Assembly (NCBI RefSeq): GCF_006345805.1
Contig: NC_042997.1
Span: 149,978,001 to 150,042,000 of the forward strand
Direction of reading: 5' to 3'
From: Octopus sinensis
Lineage: Eukaryota
DNA length: 64,000 nt
Under the pieces are notes generated by a model. It saw nothing but the letters and a program-made list of their open reading frames with translations, was not told the DNA's origin and did not search any database. Positions 54,823 to 64,000 of this stretch are shown here, one piece after another (the first letter of the stretch is position 1; every line of letters starts with the position of its first letter). A program made the position numbers and the translations under genes.

Positions 54823-54935
54823 AATATCTAACCTATCATCCACTGAAGAAATATTCAATAACCACGCACCATATTACAACGAAGCGCCCGCTGACAATAG
54901 CTTCTTCAAACAAATAAAATACATCTCTAATTCTA
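54823..54935 (+). mobile_element. Penelope-like element ORF fragment (post-RT region)
   Basis: ISNLSSTEEIFNNHAPYYNEA..NSF..QIKY fits the Penelope pattern ISxLSSxxxxFxxxAPxYxxAL. Confidence 0.65.
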
Positions 54936-55135
54936 GGCCCAAGCAACATATATTTGACGCCATGTCACAACGATATGATAACCATCACAATCACAATAGA
55001 CCATATATACACTATGCTAGAACCCCGGGAGAGCCCAGATTAAGACAGCTTAGAGCCCACTAGCACACATATAACATTACGTATGGGTATAGATAAATAA
55101 TGATGCAGGCCTATATAATAATGTATATACACATT

Positions 55136-55233
<98 letters not shown>

Positions 55234-55461
55234 CGTGTGTGCGTGTGTGTATGTGCTTGCGTATATGTGTACGCGCGTGTATAGATATGCACATCTGTCT
55301 TTCTCTCTCTGAACTATCACTTTAGCTAGTACAATGAATAACTACGTTTATTTTTAGAAACCTGATCATTATATCTTATTATTCTTCCCTTCTTTTTTGA
55401 GGTTTACTACTCACTTCACCACACACCCGTACCCTTTTCTTTGCATATCTCCCCACCTTAG

Positions 55462-55630
55462 TACCTATTTCTTTACTGCCCACAAGGGGCTAAACACAGA
55501 GAGGACAAACAAGGACAGACAAGCGCATTAAGTCGATTATATCGACCCCAGTGCGTAACTGGTACTTATTTAATCGAACCCGAAAGGATGAAAGGCAGAG
55601 TCGACCTCGGCGGAATTTGAACTCAGAACT
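55462..55630 (-). mobile_element. SINE family B with alternative tail
   Basis: tacctatttctttactgcccacaaggggctaaacacagag..gtcgacctcggcggaatttgaactcagaac. Confidence 0.9.
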
Positions 55631-55997
55631 GATAGAATTTATTGAAAAACTTTATTACCATTTACTTCGGGACTGGTAACCACTTACGTGAGTTTCCCAG
55701 ACCGTCTACACGTGTGATGAATCATGCTACTGAATTTCTGTTTGGATATGTTGGGGTTCTTAGTTGTACTCATGATTTTGCATCTGCCTTTTCGTGGCTA
55801 TATGTGAGTGCTCCATTCATTTCTAATCGTGTTTCTCGTTGAAGAAGGAAGAACCTTGTGGATTAACCCAGAAATCGGGTCTTATTTATAATTGTTTAGA
55901 TTTTTACCTTCAAAGGTATTTTAATATGGTGGCCACTGATAGAATTGTTTTGAAAAATGTCCATCCTTTATTAGAAGTATATATATATGCAACATAT

Positions 55998-56071
<74 letters not shown>

Positions 56072-56210
56072 TATATATATATTATATATGTAATATAATA
56101 TATGTATGTTATGTATGTATGTAGTATGTATGATGTATGTATGTATGTATATATGTATGTACGTATGTATGTCTGTATATATGTATGTGTATATGAATAA
56201 ATATGTATGC

Positions 56211-56278
<68 letters not shown>

Positions 56279-56679
56279 ATACATACATACATACATATAT
56301 GATATATGCGTATGTGCACGTTTGTGTATATATATATATATATATGTACATATGTAGACAAACGCACACACACATTCACATATTCATGTATGTTTGTATG
56401 TATGTCATTGTCGTTCGCCACTCAAGATAATTGACCTTTAGGAAACAGTACTTAGTTTATTTCTTGTATGACAATGACAGTGCAATTTCTGGAGACAAGA
56501 ACTTTGATGACAGGACAAGCCTTCAGAAATGATTTCACAAGTTCATACATGGGCGTAATATCTTCGCTCATCTTTTGCAAATATGTAAAATTGCCTGAAA
56601 ATTTACGGTAATATACGTCACGTTCGTAGCTGCGTGGGAAAATGGATCACTATGCACTAAATCCACTGACTCACACTCA

Positions 56680-56764
56680 TAAGCAAGCTACTTACCACAC
56701 AGCCACTCTTACGCCTATATATATATATATATATGTGTATATGTAGAGAGAGAGTGAGAGATAC

Positions 56765-56795
<31 letters not shown>

Positions 56796-56824
56796 TGTCC
56801 ATATATATATGTGTATATATGTAC

Positions 56825-56871
<47 letters not shown>

Positions 56872-56973
56872 AGATCAGCAAAAATTAGATTCAAATGAAA
56901 AACCTCTATTAATGGCTGACATTTTAAAGTTGTTGTAATACTAAAACATTTAATAAAAATGATGTAGCGTGAA
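56680..56973. repeat. Left arm of an inverted duplication (partner 63018-63465)
   Basis: Reverse complement shares unique sequence (gatcagcaaaaattagattcaaatgaaa..aacctctattaatggctga), microsatellite order and a SINE head variant. Confidence 0.92.
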
Positions 56974-57914
56974 TATATGAATTTTCGGTAGGGACACTGT
57001 ATCACGTTTAAAACTTTAAAAAACTGCAAATTTGAAATATAAGCTATGTGTTCATGGATAGTTAATGGGCTCGATGCTGTGCTGAAGGAGTACTACCTCC
57101 GTAAATATACAAAACGCCCTTACACATTTATTCTATCGCATCTTAACAGACACGGGAGACGGCAACCACCCAGAAACTCCGGTCTGTGTGTATCACATAA
57201 GGCTAGAGATGGGAGCGATGACCTCTTTCGCAATACTAATCAGTCGTAAACTGTGTCATTGGCCAGCTGGACTGTCCTAAGTACTGAACGAATCCTATAT
57301 CTCTCTTATATCTTCTCTCTTGTTAAAGAAAATATTTCTCCAGCGTTCGCTATTTTATCCTCCTTCTGGTCTAACGAACCTCCATGTTTGATTTCGTTCG
57401 GTTTCCTTTATGTTTTCACTGTCCTGTTTTTCCTCCCAACTTTGACCCTCCATAAATCCTACATTTTTGGACTTTAGGGAGCAACTGTCTTTGAAGACTC
57501 ATATAATTGTTCAATGCTCGAAATGAGGAATAGCTAGACAGCCGACAACTGATGAAGGTTCGTTTTCATGATATTTGTCCAGTTTTCCATTTGTTTCTCT
57601 CCTTTCCGTCGTATTGAATCCATTTGTTTTCGTATTTCATGTTGGTTATTTTTCGTGACGTCCTGTACCAATATATATATTATTTATATTATTATTTGAT
57701 TGAACGCCACGCATCAGTTTCTAAATAAGTATATATATATACTATATATATATATATATAATCCAGACCACATTGTTGGATTAAGTATCAATTTCATCTA
57801 TTTCATATTTTATTATTATTCTATTTTATCTTTCACTTAGGCCCACATCTTAGTTAAAGTTGCGATCGTCATTTGGTTTGTTTACATTTTCAATAACTGT
57901 TCTCGATATAATAA

Positions 57915-58942
57915 TTTTCAGATACTCTATCTTCTAATTAGCCTTAAGATTAAATTAAATACGTTTTAATATTGATACCGTCAAATTAGCCTTAGGATTA
58001 AATTAAATAACGTTTAATATTGTTTAATATTGTTAATAATATTGTTAATTAGCCTTAAGATTAAATTAAATAACGTTTAATATTGTTTTAATATTGTTAA
58101 TAATTTTTCAGATACTCTATCTTCTAATTAGCCTTAAGATTAAATAAATAACGTTTAATATTAATAACGTCTAATTAGCCTTAGGATTAAATTAAATAAC
58201 GTTTAATATTGTTAATAATTATTGTTAATTAGCCTTAGGATTAAATTAAATAACGTTTAATATTGTTTAATATTGTTAATAATTACTGTTAATTAGCCTT
58301 AAGATTAAATTAAATAACGTTTATATTGTTTAATATTGTTAATAATTATTGTTAATTAGCTTAAGATTAATTAAATAACGTTTAATATTGTTTTAATATT
58401 GTTAATAATTCTTCAGATACTCTATCTTCTAATTAGCCTAAGATTAAATTAAATAACGTTTAATATTACCCACACTCTAATATAATATTAACATTGCTAA
58501 TATATTTTCAGATACTATCTCCTGATTAGCCTTAAGATTAAATAACGTTTTTATCCACACTCTAATATAATATTATATTGCTAATATATTTTCAGATACT
58601 CTATCTTCTAATTAGCCTTAAGATTAAATTAAATAACGTTTAATATTAATAACGTCTAATTAGCCTTAAGATTAAATTAAATAACGGTTAATATTGCTTA
58701 ATATGTATATATAATTTTTCAGATACTCTGTTTTCTAAATAGCCTTAAGATTAAATTAAATAACGTTTAATATTACCCACACTCTAATATAATATTAATA
58801 TTGCTAATATATTTTCAGATACTCTATCTCCAAATTAGCCTTAAGATTAAATAACGTTTTTACCCAAATAACGTTTTTACACAAACTTTAATATTGTTAA
58901 TATTTCTTTTTCAAGTACTCTATCTTCTAATTAGCCTTAATA
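57915..58942 (+). repeat. AT-rich modular tandem array, ~15 copies of aattagccttaagattaaattaaataacgttt; probable LINE 5' UTR
   Basis: Cores near 57936, 57984, 58047, 58125, 58172, 58226, 58291, 58353, 58431, 58525, 58610, 58658, 58738, 58833 and 58929. Separated by a few recurring linkers (ttttcagatactctatcttct; aatattgtt runs; cccacactctaatataatat). Confidence 0.9.
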
Positions 58943-59001
58943 TCTTCCTGTCTTCTCTCGAACATAATTAGATAGATAAATGGATAGACGGATTATCCAG
59001 C

Positions 59002-59912
59002 ATGTCCAGAGCATGGAGACGTGACGAGCTGGATTTATTCGTACGAGCATGGGAGTGCGCCGGCGGAGATAGCCCTAGCGAGGTGATTGCGGCTGCGCTG
59101 AAGAGCAGGGGCTACAAGAGGACAGCGGCTCAGATGGAGCGAAAGAGACAGGAATTCGTGCGCTCATATGAGCTTGTACGGTCGCACATTGGCGCACTTG
59201 ATGCCATCTTTGAGAACGAGCGGGGCAAGATGGCAAGAATGGAGACGATGAAAGAAGTCACCCCCACCTGGTGGACGCCCAGGAGGAGGTTTTGAATGAG
59301 AAACCTGCCCGGGAAGTGAACCCAGGTGCAAGTTCTCCAACCGGCAGCAAGGGCCATGGAGACGGAGAACCCAGTGAAGAGGTAGAGGGAGGAAGAAGAA
59401 CTAAAAGAAGGACTGGAAGAGCTAAAGGAAAAGAAAAAGCTCAAGCAGGACCAAGAGAGAGAAACAAACAGGAGTAGAAGTGGAACCGCAAAGGATGGAA
59501 CCAAACAGCGCACAGGGTGTGTATGTTCTACCTGAGAGGTTCCTGCTGGCACGGAAAGGAAGGTGCAGGCTGCCGCTTTGCACATCGGGGACCCTGCCAC
59601 AGAGACACGAGGCAGATGGACAAACCATCAACACAAAGAAAAGGGATGGACTACGCACCACCTGCCCCAAAGCGGAGGTACGCAGATGTTGTGCGCGCCA
59701 CAAACAGCCAACATGATGTTGTCGAAAGAGCAGCTGCTGAGCAACAAACTTTTTTGTGCATGGCACAAAAGATTGTACAGCAGCTGACCTGGCTTCATCA
59801 AGCCCAAGCCCGCAGGTGGGACTACCCACTATATACCAGACCACCACAGCAAACAGACACAGGATGGACACCGCCGGCAACAACGTACACCTCACCTCGA
59901 TACTCCTACTGA
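59002..59912 (+). pseudogene. LINE ORF1: Myb/SANT-like trihelix domain + CCCH zinc finger (~300 aa, disrupted)
   Basis: AWRRDELDLFVRAW..IAAALKSRGYKRTAAQMERK..Y; one frameshift near 59260-59270; in-frame TAG 59475-77; CMFYLRGSCWHGKEGAGCRFAH (C-x7-C-x8-C-x3-H). Confidence 0.75.
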
Positions 59913-62861
59913 ACATCAGAGGACTGCAAACACTCAGTAACAGGACAAAGATCCCGTTCCTGAGAGACTTTGTTGCATGCAATCAAGCCTTATGCATAGC
60001 ACTTACAGAAACGCACCTGAAACCGGACATAGCAGATGCGGAGTTACACATACCAGTATGCTTGTACTACGGACCGACAGGAAAGAAAGGAGTCATGGAG
60101 GTGTTGCTATGTACATCCGTGAGGACCTCACACCCCAGGTCCTCTTGTCATACTCAAACTCGGTGTGTGACACACTAATTGTACATATTAGGCACTTGAT
60201 GTAGTTGTGTGTGCTACATATCGCCCTCCAGATGCCCCAAGCCATGTGGGCAAGTTTGAAGACTGCCTTATAAAAATAGAAGAAATTCTAACCACATTAG
60301 AACAACACATAGGTGTGCTTCTTATGGGAGACTTCAATCTGCCCAATGTCAGATGGCCCGAGGGCCTCTCTCTCCCAGGAATAACAAGATGTGAACGAGG
60401 ACAGGCGAGGTCCCTCCTGAACCTCATCAACACCCTGTACATGGAGCAGGTAATACTCCAACCAACCAGGGCAGGTAACACACTGGATCTCTGCTTCACA
60501 AATGACATGGATCTCATCCATAATGTGAAAGTGACACCGACACTACTCTCGGATTACAACATGATAGAGCTGACCATGTACGGGCCAAAAGAGAGCACGG
60601 ACATGCAGCCTACAAGAAACCCTCAAAATCTTTCCAGCTTGAACTACCATAAGGCAAACTGGAAACAAATTGAGAAAGAGATCCTCAAACAAAACTGGCC
60701 TAAATGTCTCTCCTCGCCAGACATCGACGTGAAACTTCAACAATTCATGTCTGTAATGCAAGCCATATGCTACAAATGTGTCCCAGAGAGAAAGGCCACT
60801 GTACACAAGAACAAAATCCGCAGAGAGAGGAAAACTTTAATGAGACGGCGTACGAAATTTTCAAATCGCCTAAACAAACAGATTGAAAGCAGTGAAAAGT
60901 CCCGCCTAAAAATAAAACTGTTGGAATCGAAAAATGTCTGCAACTCTCCCATGAAAAAGAAAGAGCAGACAAAGAAGCCTGGGCTATAGAAAACATAAAA
61001 TCTAACCCCAGAGCTTTCTACAGGTAGCCAAAGAAACAGCTACAGTGCACTGTAGAATAGGGCCACTCCTCGAAAAGGATGGCACACTTACAGGAAAACC
61101 AATGAGGGTAAGTGAAATACTGAATGAGCAATTCTAGAGTGTTTTCACTCCACCCCTTGGGCATCTCCAAATCACCAATCCAACTGACTTTTTTTACCAC
61201 TGCAGATATAAAATCAGAGGCGGCGACGATAGATTACATCGATATAAAGGAAGAGATGTAACCAAGGCTATAGATGAAATGAAAACAGACTCAGCTACTG
61301 GCCCCGATGGATTCCCGGCAATCCTCCTAAAAGCATGTAAGAGAGTCCTAGCAGCAAGACCACTGCAGTTCCTCTTTCAGAGCTTCCTTGCAGCTGGCAA
61401 ACTTCCAGGAAAACTGAAGGAAGGTAAATATGCCCCATTCATAAAGGCGGTAGCAGAGCGGAAGCCAAGAACTATAGACCTATCTCTCTGACCTCACACA
61501 TCAGCAAGGTCATGGAACGAATAGTCAGAAGGAAGCTGATCACCTTCCTTGAAGAGAATGACTTGCTGCCCGACACCCAACATGTTTCCGACCAGGGAGA
61601 AGCTGTTTAACTCAGCTCCTACAACACTATGACTGGGTGCTGAAACGGCTGCTCAACCACTCAAATGTGGAAGTGATATATCTCGACTTTGCAAAGGCCT
61701 TTGATAAAGTCGATCATGGAATGATATGTCACAAACTGCGTGATCTCAACATAGTTGGAAAACTGGGGAGAATGGCTTCATGACTTTCTGAAGGATAGAA
61801 GTCAGGTGGGTGGTAGTAGCCAATGGGGCCACCTCCATTAACACACAAATAGTGAGCGGTGTTCCGCAGGGCACTGTTCTGGGACCACTACTGTTCATAA
61901 TGGCCCTCTCAGACATGCCCTCAGCCACGCAGAGAGCCACGATCACAAGTTATGCAGATGATACAAAAGCTTCACAGGCAATACAGAACCCTGAGGACAC
62001 TAAACACCTGCAATGTGAGCTGGACGAAATATACAAGTGGGCTGAAAAGAATAGCATGCAGTTCAATGCTGGAAAGTTTCAGCTTTATACTATCAGCATG
62101 CAAAACTGAATGCAATACCCAATGAATACACTGGACCGGAGGGATTGCAATCCCAGAGGCACAATCAGTGCGTGACCTGGGGTATTCACATGAGTGATGA
62201 CGCGACCTTTCATGTACATGTTGCTAAACTGACAATGAAATGTAAACGGCTGGCTGGATGGATTCTTAGAACCTTTAGAACAAGAGAACAAGAAACCATG
62301 ATGGTCCTCTGGAAGACAATTGTCCTAAGCCACTTTGACTATTGCTCTCAGCTATGGTCACCATCCAGTGTCAAGTTGATCACAGAACTTGAGGCGATCC
62401 AACGAAGCTACACAAAGAAGATAGCCTCTATGCAGAATGTAAGCTACTGGAAGACTCAAGAGATTTAAAATTATATTCCCTGGAGCGTAGGCGGGAAGAT
62501 ATGCCATAATATACATCTGGAAGATCCTGGAGGGAAGTGTCCTGAACTTTGGCATCGAGAGTTACGCAAATGCCAGAACTGGGCGCCACTGCGTGGTGCC
62601 TAGGACTCCAAACCTGCCATCAAGATGTAGGACAAGATTCTGTGATAGCCTGGGCTTCCGAGGCCCACAGCTCTTCAATATCCTCCCGAAGAACCTGAGA
62701 GACCAGCATGGGTGGTGGATATACGATGTCTTAAAATGAAGCTGGATCTCTTCCTGTCAGGTGTCCCAGATGAACCAACTTCAAGGCAGGAGGGGCAGAT
62801 GAGGGCAGCTGCATCGAACTCTCTCATGCACCAAATAGCAGTTGCTAGAAAGCCTCCATGA
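59864..62861 (+). pseudogene. LINE ORF2: AP endonuclease + reverse transcriptase (disrupted)
   Basis: LLNIRGL, LTETHL, GGVAMY, YRPP, GDFNLP, TLDL, SDY; ATGPDG, YRPISL, YLDFAKAFDKVDH, GVPQGTVLGPLLF, YADDT. Several frameshifts and stops. Confidence 0.95.
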
Positions 62862-62940
62862 AGTGAAACCAAGTAGCAACACCAAATGGCGGTGCCCCAG
62901 CATGGCCACAGCTCATAAGCTGAAACTAGAATCAATCAAT

Positions 62941-62973
<33 letters not shown>

Positions 62974-63000
62974 CAAAAGAAGCAACCAGAATAACTTCGG

Positions 63001-63093
63001 TAATTTGGTACGATCGTTTCACGCTACATCATTTTATTAAATGTTGTTAGTATTACAACAGCTTTAAAATGTTGGGCAATCATCAGCCATTAA
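63001..63093 (-). ncRNA. Type I hammerhead ribozyme motif with ~60-nt stem II
   Basis: Minus strand: taatgg CTGATGA ttgc-ccaa-catttta-aagc-tgttgt..acaaca-tttaa-taaaatg-atgta-gcgt GAAA cgatcg TA cca-aatta; palindromic stem III acgatcgt. Confidence 0.75.
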
Positions 63094-63125
63094 TAGAGGT
63101 TTTCATTTGAATCTAATTTTTGCTG

Positions 63126-63181
<56 letters not shown>

Positions 63182-63315
63182 CACACACATGTACATATAT
63201 ACACATATATATGGACATGTGTATATGTATATATATTAATATATATATATATTATATATATTATATATATATTATATGTGTGTGTATCTCTCTCTCTCTC
63301 TCTCTACATATACAC

Positions 63316-63800
<485 letters not shown>

Positions 63801-63829
63801 TGTGTAACAGAGAGAGAATGAGATATGTT

Positions 63830-63860
<31 letters not shown>

Positions 63861-63871
63861 TATATAGAAGG

Positions 63872-63922
63872 AGCTTCTACAGGACTAGTACTGTTTCATT
63901 CAAGAGAAATCTTCAGGAAGCT
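63872..63922 (-). ncRNA. Type I hammerhead ribozyme motif
   Basis: Minus strand: agcttc CTGAAGA t-ttc-tctt-gaa-t GAAA cag-tactagtc-ctg TA gaagct; perfect 6-bp stem I. Confidence 0.8.
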
Positions 63923-64000
63923 ATTTAACAAGAATTGTATTAGCATTTATACATTTAGGCAGGTTTAAAGGAGTGGTGGTGGGGGACTTTTTTGGGGGTA

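Larger units (their letters stand above)
57761..62944 (+). mobile_element. Near full-length CR1/L2-group LINE between (TA)n tracts
   Basis: Putative 5' UTR, ORF1, overlapping ORF2, 3' stem-loop and (AATC)n tail. The 5' boundary is inferred from the (TA)n junction. Confidence 0.85.

Noticed and set aside
57915-58942. CRISPR-like repeat-spacer array
   Set aside because: Spacers are reused, AT-rich and variable in length; there are no cas genes and the context is eukaryotic.

Overview
This is AT-rich, microsatellite-saturated eukaryotic non-coding DNA. The repeat landscape looks like a coleoid cephalopod, most likely Octopus (inference, not verified). Almost all listed ORFs are translations of (TA)n, (CA)n or trinucleotide repeats. 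No intact host gene is visible; there is one candidate exon at 41259-41524 (-). Identifiable content: two tRNA-derived SINE families (25+ copies), a near full-length CR1/L2-group LINE (~57761-62944), and decayed RTE, R4/Dong-type, Penelope, Gypsy, mariner and Helitron elements. Most notable observations: (1) the LINE ORF1 combines a Myb/SANT-like trihelix domain with a CCCH zinc finger, behind a ~15-copy AT-rich monomer array; (2) four sequence-unrelated type I hammerhead ribozyme motifs each abut (TA)n tracts, one a ~70-nt cassette; (3) a covarying 3' stem-loop is shared by the LINE, SINE family A and two other retroposon tails; (4) a ~550-bp (TAA)n-embedded element is joined to an R4/Dong-like RT/RLE remnant; (5) an inverted duplication brackets the LINE and ends inside a hammerhead. 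All pairings and translations were read by eye, and boundaries are approximate.
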